From Eubacteriales bacterium (lineage in GTDB: Bacteria > Bacillota > Clostridia > Oscillospirales > UBA644), in assembly GCA_045542115.1 (NCBI GenBank), contig JAZQKK010000014.1, positions 338,790 to 402,789 of the forward strand: DNA of 64,000 nucleotides, in the 5' to 3' direction. Under the pieces are notes generated by a model. It searched no databases. It was not told the origin of the DNA and saw nothing but the letters and a program-made list of their open reading frames with translations. A program made the translations under genes and the position numbers. Shown here piece after piece: positions 42,141 to 51,552 of the stretch (positions are counted from its first letter, which is position 1; every line of letters begins with the position of its first letter).

Positions 42141-43112
42141 TTAGTAACCGACTTTTTCCCAACATTCAAAGGGTGCAGCCAATTCTTCGGAAATGTAGAC
42201 CTGCGTTTTCTTGGTCTGCAACATCGAAGAAGGAACGTAAGGCGTGACGGGACCGTGGGTAACCAGACGAGAAGTCATTCTCTGCCAGGAAGAGAAGGTT
42301 CCGTTGGTGGCCAGGGCGTGAACTTCAATGCGTTCTTTCGCCCGCATTACGTCGATAGGACCGATGGTTGCGGCCTTAGGAGGCACGTTGGCGATATCCC
42401 CGGACTGGCCAAAGGTACCGTTCAAAGAGTTCTGCAAAATGGTCATCGGATGCAGGGTAACCAACTTGGCGGGCTGATTCAGCCATTCTTCAATGTCGCC
42501 GCTGCCGATAAATTCGGGGATGGGGTCGACGAAAGCCACGTGGCCGGTCCAACCGGGAGAGGTGGAGATAATGTCCGCACCGCCGCCGGAAATATCGTTG
42601 ATAATCTTGGAATAATCGTTGATATTCTTATTGGTGGGGTAGTGAACGTTTTCCATCGGCATCCGCAGTTTGGGGTCGATCTGCATCACCAAATACTTAA
42701 TCATCGAATGAACGAAGCCGGCTTCATAGGTTTCGGGGGCAATGTTGCCGTCCTGGTCGGCCCATTCGTCTTCGGCAAAGATATGAACCTTGGAGCAGTC
42801 CACCTGGAAATAGTTGATAAGCTGAGCCAGGGGGATATAGGTGTCGGGTTCGGGGTTGCCGAGAATCATCGTGAAAGTCTTCCCTGCTTCGGAAGCCGCT
42901 TTCAGGCGGGAGAACAGGGTGGCGATCAATACGGGATGGGGATTCATCATTACCTTGACGTCAAATTCGGGATGCCACCAGGGTTCACGAATCTCCAATT
43001 CTTTTCCGCTCATTTTCCGGACCCGTTCGCAGACTTCCTTGTCTTTGAAGGGGACGAAATCCGCGGGGTTAAAATTAAACTTTCCGGCGGGTTCAAAAAT
43101 AATGTTACTCAT
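42141..43112 (-). CDS. Glucosamine-6-phosphate deaminase/isomerase-family protein (NagB-like, long form)
   Basis: 323 aa; family-level resemblance and context next to a NagA-like gene. Confidence 0.55.
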   Translation of the reverse strand: MSNIIFEPAGKFNFNPADFVPFKDKEVCERVRKMSGKELEIREPWWHPEFDVKVMMNPHPVLIATLFSRLKAASEAGKTFTMILGNPEPDTYIPLAQLINYFQVDCSKVHIFAEDEWADQDGNIAPETYEAGFVHSMIKYLVMQIDPKLRMPMENVHYPTNKNINDYSKIINDISGGGADIISTSPGWTGHVAFVDPIPEFIGSGDIEEWLNQPAKLVTLHPMTILQNSLNGTFGQSGDIANVPPKAATIGPIDVMRAKERIEVHALATNGTFSSWQRMTSRLVTHGPVTPYVPSSMLQTKKTQVYISEELAAPFECWEKVGY

Positions 43113-44251
43113 ACTTGAAACTCTCCTTTTAATATTACATTGTGTACTTTCATTCGATAATCGACTACAACAAGGTCGGCCCGTTTTCCTACGGCGATCT
43201 CGCCCCGGTCGGAAAAACCAACGGCGGTTGCGGGGTTATACGACGCGAAACGGAATACGTCTACCAGAGATGCACCGGTGTGCTTTATCATATTCCGACA
43301 GGAAATATCCAGTGTCATTTTCGACCCGGCGATTTCTCCCGCGTGGTCGAAATTGATGTCGTCCACCCCTTCGTATCCCGGAGGAATGGGGCCGTCACAG
43401 GCATAGGCGTCGGAAATCAGAATGATACGGTCATCCCCCTTGATCTTACGCACCAGACGGAGCATATAGGGATCCACGTGAATCCCACGGCTGTCGCAAA
43501 TCAACTCTGCGTAGATTTCCCGGTTATAATTGACGGCTTCATCCACACAGACCCCGCGACATTCCGGATATTTCACCCGGTCACCCGTGGCGTTGGTGTG
43601 ATGGGTCCCGATGCGAAGACCGTACGGCATCAAAGCCTCAATCTGTTGGGGGGATGCCTCACTGTGGGCTACGGTAAATACTGCGGAGGGATTTTTCGCT
43701 TTCACGTCCAGCACAAATTGGAGAATGTTTTCCCGTTCCGGAGCTACGGCCCACACCTTGGCGATATCCCAGGCAGCGTCAATGACCGGAGCGTATTTTT
43801 CCCGGTTGACCGGGTCTTTCCAAGGATTGGACTCCCGTTCACACCCGAATTTGGGATTGAGATATGGACCTTCCATATAGACCCCGGCGATGTTTTTGCA
43901 TTGGGGGTGGTTCATTGCTTCCCGGATAATTCCGGCGTTTTTCACGTATCCGGCAGTATCCCGATTGAAATACAACGCAGGCAATACCGTCGTCGTTCCG
44001 TGTTTCAGATGATGCTGAGCCGCACGAACGGGGTCTTCTTCAAAAAACACCGTTCCGTCGGAGTGGGTATGGATATCCACAAAGCCCGGGCCGACGTACA
44101 ACCCTTCGGCATCAAAAACCTCGCATCCTTCGGGAATCGGGAGATTTCGCATTTCGTCAAAAGCGACGATAACGCCGTTTTCCACCAGCAACACGGCATC
44201 GGGAATAAAGTGGTCCCGCATTACCAACGTTGCATTCTTAATGGCAAGCAT
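43109..44251 (-). CDS. nagA: N-acetylglucosamine-6-phosphate deacetylase-like amidohydrolase
   Basis: GPGFVDIHTHSDG metal-binding motif. Start moved to ATG 44251 after AAAGGAGG. Confidence 0.7.
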   Translation of the reverse strand: MLAIKNATLVMRDHFIPDAVLLVENGVIVAFDEMRNLPIPEGCEVFDAEGLYVGPGFVDIHTHSDGTVFFEEDPVRAAQHHLKHGTTTVLPALYFNRDTAGYVKNAGIIREAMNHPQCKNIAGVYMEGPYLNPKFGCERESNPWKDPVNREKYAPVIDAAWDIAKVWAVAPERENILQFVLDVKAKNPSAVFTVAHSEASPQQIEALMPYGLRIGTHHTNATGDRVKYPECRGVCVDEAVNYNREIYAELICDSRGIHVDPYMLRLVRKIKGDDRIILISDAYACDGPIPPGYEGVDDINFDHAGEIAGSKMTLDISCRNMIKHTGASLVDVFRFASYNPATAVGFSDRGEIAVGKRADLVVVDYRMKVHNVILKGEFQV

Positions 44252-44332
44252 CCGAATACCTCCTTTCGGGTACGAAAATGAATCAAACGTGAGCAAGCCA
44301 AGAGATTCCGGGCCTGCTCACGAAAAAATCAA

Positions 44333-45355
44333 TTAAACTTCGGGGTATTTAATTTGGATGGGCATATGCTTCTGGGCAGATTCTACGGTAGCAACGGCTA
44401 CGGCAACGGTAGAAGCGCCTTCCATCGAAGAAACGGGCATATCCGAACCGGCCATCAGAGCTTCGACGAAAGCGTCGATTTCAGCAGTGATGTTGTGGTT
44501 GTTGACTTCTACGTCCAGTTCCTGAGGCTTGGTAAAGCTCTTCGGTTCTCCTTCCACTTCCTGGAAGAGGGTGATTTTGGGAGAGGTGTTATCGCAGATA
44601 ATGGTACCCTTCGTGCCGTAGAAGACGGAGCGCATCGTGTAGTCACGCTTACAACCGATAGAAACGAAAACCTTACCCATCACGTTGTTGGGGAACTGAT
44701 AAATAGCAATGGCGGTATCGTCTACGGGCCAATCGTTCAGAATCTTGTGATTGGCGTAAGAATATACTTCCGTGGGGTTGCCGGCAATCCAGCGCAAAAG
44801 GTCGATAGCGTGGCAGCCACCGCCGATAACGCCGTGACGGTCGGGGTCTACGCGCCAATCGTCTACACCGCGGGCTCTCTGATAGCAGTGGGCGTATTCG
44901 CTTTCCACAAAGGTCAATTCACCGATGGTGCCCTTGTCGATCATATCCTTCACCATAACGAAGGAAGGAGTGCAACGGCAGACCTGACCGATCATCAGTT
45001 TGCGGCCGGTTTCTTTTTCCACCCGCATCATATGTTCACATTCTTCCACGGTCAAAGCCATCGGCTTTTCGCAGAGGACGTCTTTTCCTGCCCGCAGGAA
45101 AGCTTCGGTCATTTCCAGATGCAGTTTGTCGGGAGTAACGATAACCGCAGCGTCGATCGCGGGGTCGTTAACCAATTCCCGGTAATCCTTCACGGCAATC
45201 TTTACGTCAAACTGCTTTTGTCTTTCTTCCAAATATTCTTCGTGGGGGTCGCAGATGGCATACAGGTTTGCACCCTTATTGACAACACCCTGCATATGCA
45301 GACTGCCCATATGGCTACAACCGATAACCGCAATGTTCAGTTTTTTTTGTTCCAT
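44333..45355 (-). CDS. Gfo/Idh/MocA-family oxidoreductase
   Basis: LNIAVIGCSHMGSLH Rossmann N-terminus and EKPMAL motif. Confidence 0.8.
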   Translation of the reverse strand: MEQKKLNIAVIGCSHMGSLHMQGVVNKGANLYAICDPHEEYLEERQKQFDVKIAVKDYRELVNDPAIDAAVIVTPDKLHLEMTEAFLRAGKDVLCEKPMALTVEECEHMMRVEKETGRKLMIGQVCRCTPSFVMVKDMIDKGTIGELTFVESEYAHCYQRARGVDDWRVDPDRHGVIGGGCHAIDLLRWIAGNPTEVYSYANHKILNDWPVDDTAIAIYQFPNNVMGKVFVSIGCKRDYTMRSVFYGTKGTIICDNTSPKITLFQEVEGEPKSFTKPQELDVEVNNHNITAEIDAFVEALMAGSDMPVSSMEGASTVAVAVATVESAQKHMPIQIKYPEV

Positions 45356-45497
45356 TTTGTTGACTTCCTTTCGGCAGTTTATTTCTTGCACTTCATTATA
45401 ACACGATTTCTTGTTTATCGCAACCTTGATTTATGTGTTGTTTTCTTCATTTTGTTTGGTATAATGTTTTTTTGCAGAGAGAATCTTTGGGTGGAAA

Positions 45498-46211
45498 TTA
45501 AATCTCAAAAGTATATTTTCGTCCACAGGCGTTGCAATACGTCACGATTTTCCCGTTTTCCGAAAGGTCTTCCCGTTCTTCCGGGGGAAGGGAGGAAACG
45601 AAACGCATCAACGCTCCGCGGGAACAGGTACAACCGAAACGAAGTGGGGAAGATTCCAAAAAGGAAAAACTTTCTTCCGGTTCTTCTTTGGGAAGGGACA
45701 ACGATGCTTGCCGGCACAGTCCGGCAAGGTCGCAGGGGGCCCCGGGTAATTGTTCCGCAACAATGCAAAAAAACCCGCCGTTTTCTTCAAAAACATTGCA
45801 GACGGCGGCAATTTGCAGCGATTGGGCAAAATAAGCGGAAAACAGTCCGTCCAGACCGACGCCGGTCACCATTCCCGTGTAATTTCCCCGAAGGGGCAAC
45901 TGCAAGGTGACCTCCAAGGTGTCTTCTACTCCGTCGCAGGATTCCTCTTTCCGCCCCCGGATGATACCGTCCCGGTCCGCAGTTGCGGAAAAGCACCCTT
46001 CTTCGGGCAAAGACAACCGAACGGTAACCGAGGCTCGCTCGTCTTTTTGCAGGGCAGCGATGCAACAGGCGAAGACTTCCAATTTTCCTAAAATCGTCTT
46101 ATCGTTGCCCGCAAGCCCGTTCAATTCGGCGGAACGTTCTACCGCCCGGTCAAGAAAAACACAGAAAATACGGGCGTTTTGTACCATATATTTGGATACT
46201 TGCTCGGTCAT
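45498..46211 (-). CDS. hslO: Hsp33-family redox chaperone
   Basis: C-terminal zinc centre CTCS...CNACG (CxC...CxxC). Start at ATG 46211 (ATGA overlap). Confidence 0.7.
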   Translation of the reverse strand: MTEQVSKYMVQNARIFCVFLDRAVERSAELNGLAGNDKTILGKLEVFACCIAALQKDERASVTVRLSLPEEGCFSATADRDGIIRGRKEESCDGVEDTLEVTLQLPLRGNYTGMVTGVGLDGLFSAYFAQSLQIAAVCNVFEENGGFFCIVAEQLPGAPCDLAGLCRQASLSLPKEEPEESFSFLESSPLRFGCTCSRGALMRFVSSLPPEEREDLSENGKIVTYCNACGRKYTFEI

Positions 46212-46903
46212 AACGGTCTCCTTACAATAACGATTTTTCTTCCCTGATACGAAAGGGTCTTTACGGGGACGAATCCCACCTGTTTCAAATATTGCTTTAA
46301 CTCGGAAACGTCGTACCACCGTTCCCAGATTTCTTCCTCTTCCCGACGGTAGGTATCCCCTTCCTTCCGGAACACCGTTAGGGTCTGCCCCGCATACGTG
46401 CCGTCAAAGGTCTTTTGTAAAATCAGAACCCGGCCGTCCCGTTCTTCGGTCTGGGGAGCGGTATCGGAAAACAATTTTTTATCTTTCAGGTCAAAAATAA
46501 AATAACCGGAAGGTTCGGTGAAATTGTAAATACGGCGGAAAAACCGCTTCACGTCCCGCTTGTCCAACAAATGATTCACCGTGTCCATCGACGAAAATAC
46601 GGCGTGATAGGCTCCGTACAAATCAATCTCCGGAAGGGATTGACACATCAAGTGAGGGACGATACCGGCATCGCTCAACTTTTCAAAGGCAGCGTCCAGC
46701 ATCTGCTCCGACACGTCCACACCGCTGCAATCAAACCCTCGGCGGGACAATTCCAGCATCAAAGACCCCGTACCGCAGCCGCAGTCCAAGGCCAAAGGGG
46801 TCTCGGGCAGGGAGAGGTGGGGTAAAATCCGGTCTAAGTAATGACGGTAATCAAATCCGGAATTGAACCGGTCGTACTCCCGGGCTATGACGTCGTAATC
46901 CAT
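46208..46903 (-). CDS. Class I SAM-dependent methyltransferase
   Basis: LDCGCGTGS motif I. Confidence 0.75.
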   Translation of the reverse strand: MDYDVIAREYDRFNSGFDYRHYLDRILPHLSLPETPLALDCGCGTGSLMLELSRRGFDCSGVDVSEQMLDAAFEKLSDAGIVPHLMCQSLPEIDLYGAYHAVFSSMDTVNHLLDKRDVKRFFRRIYNFTEPSGYFIFDLKDKKLFSDTAPQTEERDGRVLILQKTFDGTYAGQTLTVFRKEGDTYRREEEEIWERWYDVSELKQYLKQVGFVPVKTLSYQGRKIVIVRRPL

Positions 46904-47011
46904 AAAACCTCTTATACAAATCAAAATGTTACAGTTTTTTCAAAAAACACCCTTTTCATTCGGGGGCGGATATGTTATAATAGAATATATACACAACAAC
47001 GGAGGAATGAA

Positions 47012-48352
47012 ATGAAACATTCTCTCAGGCTCCTGGTCAGAATCTTGGCCTTTGCCCTGGTGCTTCCCTTATGGAGCGTTTTTGCCCGGGCGGAAGAAGA
47101 ACCGAAAGAAGAGTTCCCGGACATCGGGTCAGAATACGCGGTAATCTTCAACGCCGATGACGGAGGGGAAATTTTATACGGAAAAAATGAAACGAAACCG
47201 GTCTACTGCGGCTTTTTGCCCAGAGTAATGACCTGCATCCTCATTGCTGAAAGCGGAAAATGGGAAGAAACCGTCACCGTGACCCGAGGAATGTTGGTCA
47301 ACACTCCGCAAATCTCCAACGCCAAATTAGAAGCGGGCGACACGCTGACCTACGGCGACTTGGTGTCCTGCATTTTGGTGGCAAATTCCCAAGAAGCGGC
47401 GGTAGCCGCGGCTACGACCCTGGGCGGAGATTTAAAGACCTTCGTCCGGAAGATGAACGAGCGGGCCAAAGAATTGCAGGCAAACGACACGTTATTCACT
47501 AACGTAACAGGGAATTTCGTTTCCAATACCAAACAGATTTCTACCTTGTCCGACTGTGCTAAAATCATCAGCGCGGCACTGAACATAGAAGAAATCGCGA
47601 AAGCGGCTTCGGCAAGGACGGCACAAATCACCGTCAACGGAAAAACCAGAAATATTTACACGCGCAATATGCTCATCGAAGGAATGAACGCAAACTACAA
47701 CTCCGCCGCAAAAGGATTGTTTATCTACTCCCAGGAGAGCAGTAATTCCTCCATCGCCACGTGCCGAAAGGATTCCGACCGGAATATTATTTCGATGGCA
47801 ATAACCACAAAAGGCCTGGACGCCTTGTATCAAGACGCGGGAGTTCTTTTGGGATACTCCAAAAACCGCTATGTGTCCCGCACGTTAATCGCCCGCGGCA
47901 GTACCTTGGCGGAAGTCACGGTGAAAAACGGAAAAGACGTGGACTATGCGGTCTTATCTGCGGCTGAAACCGTCACGGCGATGATTCCCAAGATCTACGG
48001 AGACGCAGACCCGGTGTTGACCTTCAACCTCCCGGAATCGGTGGATGCTCCCATCGAACGGGGAACGGTGCTGGGAACCGTTACGGTATCCTGCGGGGGA
48101 AAAGAATACGGCACGGTGGAATTAAAGACCGAAAAAACGGTGGAATTGGACCACTTTGAACTGTATTCTTCCAAACTGATGCAATTCTTCTCCAACCCCT
48201 GGCTTTGGGGTATTTTGGGCGGTCTTCTGTTCTTGGTGGCAGGATATATTTTCCTTGCCTATCGAATGAATAACCCGAAGAAAAAGAAAACTCCCGCATC
48301 CCACACCGGCGGCCGCATCCGGGTCTCCGGCGGGGACGATGACGACGAATAA
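47012..48352 (+). CDS. PBP5/S11 D-Ala-D-Ala carboxypeptidase homologue with degenerate active-site motifs; signal peptide and C-terminal TM anchor
   Basis: Family-like layout, but the SxxK position reads FLPR (CGFLPRVMT versus PASLTKMMT) and the SxN region reads VANSQEAA. Confidence 0.6.
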   Translation: MKHSLRLLVRILAFALVLPLWSVFARAEEEPKEEFPDIGSEYAVIFNADDGGEILYGKNETKPVYCGFLPRVMTCILIAESGKWEETVTVTRGMLVNTPQISNAKLEAGDTLTYGDLVSCILVANSQEAAVAAATTLGGDLKTFVRKMNERAKELQANDTLFTNVTGNFVSNTKQISTLSDCAKIISAALNIEEIAKAASARTAQITVNGKTRNIYTRNMLIEGMNANYNSAAKGLFIYSQESSNSSIATCRKDSDRNIISMAITTKGLDALYQDAGVLLGYSKNRYVSRTLIARGSTLAEVTVKNGKDVDYAVLSAAETVTAMIPKIYGDADPVLTFNLPESVDAPIERGTVLGTVTVSCGGKEYGTVELKTEKTVELDHFELYSSKLMQFFSNPWLWGILGGLLFLVAGYIFLAYRMNNPKKKKTPASHTGGRIRVSGGDDDDE

Positions 48353-48364
48353 AAAATTTTCAGA

Positions 48365-48396
48365 GAAACACTCCGCTGAGCGGAGTGTTTCTTTTT
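48365..48396. terminator. Bidirectional terminator
   Basis: GAAACACTCCG-ctgag-CGGAGTGTTTC plus TTTTT. Confidence 0.7.
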
Positions 48397-49192
48397 ATCG
48401 GTCGCAACCGATAATATCTTTTACGCTGTCCAAAATCACGTCGGGATGGACGTCAAATTTTTCAATATCTTCTACCGTGCCTTCCCCGGACAGTACGAAA
48501 ACCGAGGTGATTCCGGCGTTCAGGCCGCACTTCACGTCGGTATAGAGCCGGTCTCCCACCAAAGCCGTTTTAGCAGGGTCTCCCCCCTTAAATTTGATGG
48601 CGGCGAGGGCCATTTCCTTTCGGGGTTTTCCGATATAGAAGGGGGCTTTTCCCGTGGCCCGTTCCAGCATATCGCACATCGTGTGGCAGTCGGGCAGATA
48701 CTTGCCCTTTTGTGCCGGGCATACCCAGTCGGGGTTGGTGGCATAAAAAGGAACGTCCCGGGTGAGAAGTTCACAAGCGACCACCAATTTTTGATAGGTC
48801 AGCTCCGTATCGTACCCCACCAACAGAAAATCAATATCGTCTTCCAGTCCTTCCGCAACCACAAAGCCGTTGGCCCGCAGTTCCGCTTTCAATGATTCGG
48901 TTCCCACCACGTACAGTTTTGCACCGGGCTTCAAATCGTTCAGAAAAATACAAGCCGCCTGACCGGAAGTAAACATATTAGACCGGTCGGCAGGAATATT
49001 CAGGCGAGCCAATTTTTCCAGATAGGCGTCAGCGGATTTGGAAGAATTGTTGGTCAAAAATACGTAATCCCGTCCCGTATCCCGCAACCACTGAATAAAG
49101 TCAGCGGCTCCGTCAATCAGGTCGTTTTCCAGGTAAATGGTTCCATCCATATCCAAAAGATACAGCGTTTTGTCAGCCAAAGGATGCTTCAT
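48395..49192 (-). CDS. HAD-IIA family hydrolase (NagD-like)
   Basis: LLDMDGTIY motif I and FLTNNSSKS motif. Confidence 0.8.
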   Translation of the reverse strand: MKHPLADKTLYLLDMDGTIYLENDLIDGAADFIQWLRDTGRDYVFLTNNSSKSADAYLEKLARLNIPADRSNMFTSGQAACIFLNDLKPGAKLYVVGTESLKAELRANGFVVAEGLEDDIDFLLVGYDTELTYQKLVVACELLTRDVPFYATNPDWVCPAQKGKYLPDCHTMCDMLERATGKAPFYIGKPRKEMALAAIKFKGGDPAKTALVGDRLYTDVKCGLNAGITSVFVLSGEGTVEDIEKFDVHPDVILDSVKDIIGCDR

Positions 49193-49220
49193 CGTCTTAC
49201 TTCCTATTCTATATAATGAT

Positions 49221-49733
49221 TTATGTTTTATCGGTTTTAAACCCCTGTTGTTCCAACTGTGTCAAAACCTTCCCGATGCAAGAGTGCAAAGAGCGGTTGT
49301 TGGTCACCCGGGCATCAGCGATAGATTCGTACAACGGAATCCGTCGGCGGGCGATGGGATAGATGCGGTTGGGGTCGTCGTGAAATACGGGGCGTTTGTC
49401 GGTATTCAGCGTGGTGAGAATCGACCGGGGATGACGAACGACGTAAAGGACCTTCTCCTTGCGGAGCAATTCCACGTTTTCCGGACGTTCCACGATGCCG
49501 CCGCCGGTAGCAACCACACACCGGTCCAGGGTTTCGTTGACCCATTTCAAAGCGGCGGTCTCTTTCTCCCGGAAGGAATTTTCATCCTGATACAATTCCC
49601 GGATCGTCTTCCCTTCCCGTTGGATAATCAGGCGGTCTAAATCCACAAACCGTAAATTGAGCCGGCGAGCAACAATACGCCCGACCGTGGTCTTTCCGGC
49701 ACCGGGAAGTCCCACCAAATACAGATTTGCCAT
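49221..49733 (-). CDS. aroK: Shikimate kinase
   Basis: MANLYLVGLPGAGKTTVGR P-loop, ATGGG motif, 170 aa. Confidence 0.85.
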   Translation of the reverse strand: MANLYLVGLPGAGKTTVGRIVARRLNLRFVDLDRLIIQREGKTIRELYQDENSFREKETAALKWVNETLDRCVVATGGGIVERPENVELLRKEKVLYVVRHPRSILTTLNTDKRPVFHDDPNRIYPIARRRIPLYESIADARVTNNRSLHSCIGKVLTQLEQQGFKTDKT

Positions 49734-49803
49734 ACACCTCCGCCTTTCTTTCTCTTGTAAGTATAGTATACAATAAAATAGAAGAATTGTCAAGTAAAAA
49801 CGG

Positions 49804-49839
49804 CAAAAAGAATCTCCCCACTTTTTTCGTGGGGAGATT
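49804..49839 (-). terminator. Terminator of the FN3-protein gene
   Basis: AATCTCCCCAC ... GTGGGGAGATT, followed on the minus strand by a T run. Confidence 0.7.
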
Positions 49840-49858
49840 GCATTTCATTTAAAACGAA

Positions 49859-51304
49859 TTATTCTTCGTCTTTCTTTTCTTCTTCGGCGGGAGCGGCTTC
49901 TTCAACAGGAGCAGCTTCTTCAACAGGAGCAGCTTCTACTGCGGGAGCAGCTTCTACTGCGGGAGCGGCTTCTGCGGCAGGAGCTTCTACTGCGGGAGCA
50001 GCCTTTTTCTTCTTACCGAGGACAAGAATCAAAACAACGACGACTACGATTACCACGACGGCAGCAGCGGCGATGATGATCCACAGGAGCATCGAAGAAT
50101 CCTTCTTATCGGCAGGCTTCTTATTGTTGTTATCGTCGCCAACCGTGGGGGCGTCGGTCTTCACGTCGGACTTATCGTCTTCCTTATCGGAAGTCTTATC
50201 GTTGTCAACCTTGGGAGCCTTGGGGGTCTTAAAGGTTACGAGTTCAGACTGAGCAGATTCCTTCCCGGCGGAGGTAACGCTGGTAATGGTCAGGTCGTAC
50301 AGAGTGCTGGGTTCCAGACCGGTAATGGTGAACTTGGTGTCGGTTACGGGTTCGTCGTTAATCTTTTCGGCTTCTCCGTCAGCGGCACTTTCCTTCAAGT
50401 AGAGGTTGTAGCTGACAGCGTTCTTGGCAGCGTCCCAAGTAACGTTGGTATCGGTAGTGTCTTTTCCAACCTTTTCGGTGATGATGTTGGCGGGAGGATT
50501 ACCGTTGGGGTTACCTACGGTCTTGCCTTCTGCTTCGTGATAAGTAATGGTGGGATACTGAACCAGGCAGGTACCCTTAGAACCGTTGGTGCCACCGTAA
50601 GGCATAACCAAAAGACGGATCTTATCGCCTTCCTTAACTTTGAAGGAGGGATAGGAAACCTCGAAGGGTTCGGACTGGCTGGTGTTGTGAGAACCGATGT
50701 GGTTCAGTTCCGGGTCAGCATCCGCAACGGGGAATACCTGATTGTCATTCACGTACAGGTAAACCAAGTTACCCCAGGTATCGGGGGAAGTTTCAGGGTC
50801 GGTGGTTCCGTAGCAGTACAGAGAAGCATCGTAGGAGATGGTACCGGTGGCGGGAACGATATAGGTTACAGCCGGACCGGCAGCAGAACCGGGATGCAGA
50901 TACTTACCGGCAGACATAATGGAGCAGTAAGAATAGCCGGATTGTACCCAAGCGGATTCCGCAAAGGCGGTGTAGATGTTGTTCCAAGTACCGTGGACCC
51001 AACCTTCTTGTTTGTCTTTGAAGTAGGCCGTCATCGGTTCGAAGCCTTCGATTTCGGGATCCCAGAATTCATAGGTCCAAAGTCCGTTGGCCAGATAGAA
51101 GCCTTCAATGTAGTCGAAGGAGCCGTAGTCTTCGGAGATTTCGACTTCTCCGTCACCGTGGGTGCCGACATCTGTCAGGGCATCCTCGTAGGTGTAAGTT
51201 TCTTCAACCCAGTCTTGTTCTTCCGCGAACGTAGTAACCCCAAAGCCAACGATGCAGGACAGCACCATTGCCAGGGTCATAAGCAGCGCAAGTGTTTTCT
51301 TCAT
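49859..51304 (-). CDS. Secreted, C-terminally membrane-anchored protein with FN3 domain and Ala/Pro/Glu repeat tail
   Basis: Signal peptide MKKTLALLMTLAMVLS. FN3-like VTWDAAKNAVSYNLYL...LEPSTLYDLTITSV. TM LLWIIIAAAAVVVIVVVVVLILV. AAPAVE/AAPVEE repeats. Confidence 0.7.
   Translation of the reverse strand: MKKTLALLMTLAMVLSCIVGFGVTTFAEEQDWVEETYTYEDALTDVGTHGDGEVEISEDYGSFDYIEGFYLANGLWTYEFWDPEIEGFEPMTAYFKDKQEGWVHGTWNNIYTAFAESAWVQSGYSYCSIMSAGKYLHPGSAAGPAVTYIVPATGTISYDASLYCYGTTDPETSPDTWGNLVYLYVNDNQVFPVADADPELNHIGSHNTSQSEPFEVSYPSFKVKEGDKIRLLVMPYGGTNGSKGTCLVQYPTITYHEAEGKTVGNPNGNPPANIITEKVGKDTTDTNVTWDAAKNAVSYNLYLKESAADGEAEKINDEPVTDTKFTITGLEPSTLYDLTITSVTSAGKESAQSELVTFKTPKAPKVDNDKTSDKEDDKSDVKTDAPTVGDDNNNKKPADKKDSSMLLWIIIAAAAVVVIVVVVVLILVLGKKKKAAPAVEAPAAEAAPAVEAAPAVEAAPVEEAAPVEEAAPAEEEKKDEE
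49886..50003. repeat. Tandem 18-nt coding repeats (AAPAVE / AAPVEE units)
   Basis: ggagcagcttcttcaaca and ggagcagcttctactgcg units, read directly. Confidence 0.85.
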
Positions 51305-51499
51305 AAAGATTCTCCTTTTACGTGAGATTTTTTGATATAAATATTATATACTATTTTCTCGGGATTGTCAAGAAGATGTTTTTTCGGAAATTTTCTTTAA
51401 AAATTCCATTTTTCCTTGATATTATCGCGTTTTTTTGAAGTTTTTGCCTTTGTTGGGCAAGTGCGACAAAAAATCAGCCTGTTTTTTGTGCAATATTAC

Positions 51500-51533
51500 A
51501 AAAAAAATCGTGGGGAGCCCTGTCGCTCCCCAC
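51500..51533 (-). terminator. Terminator of the kinase gene
   Basis: GTGGGGAGC ... GCTCCCCAC with a T run on the minus strand. Confidence 0.7.
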
Positions 51534-51552
51534 ATTTTGTTCTTTCCAAACG

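Noticed and set aside
44354-45910. 518-aa plus-strand ORF
   Set aside because: It is antisense to the Gfo/Idh/MocA and hslO genes and crosses an intergenic region. No motifs.
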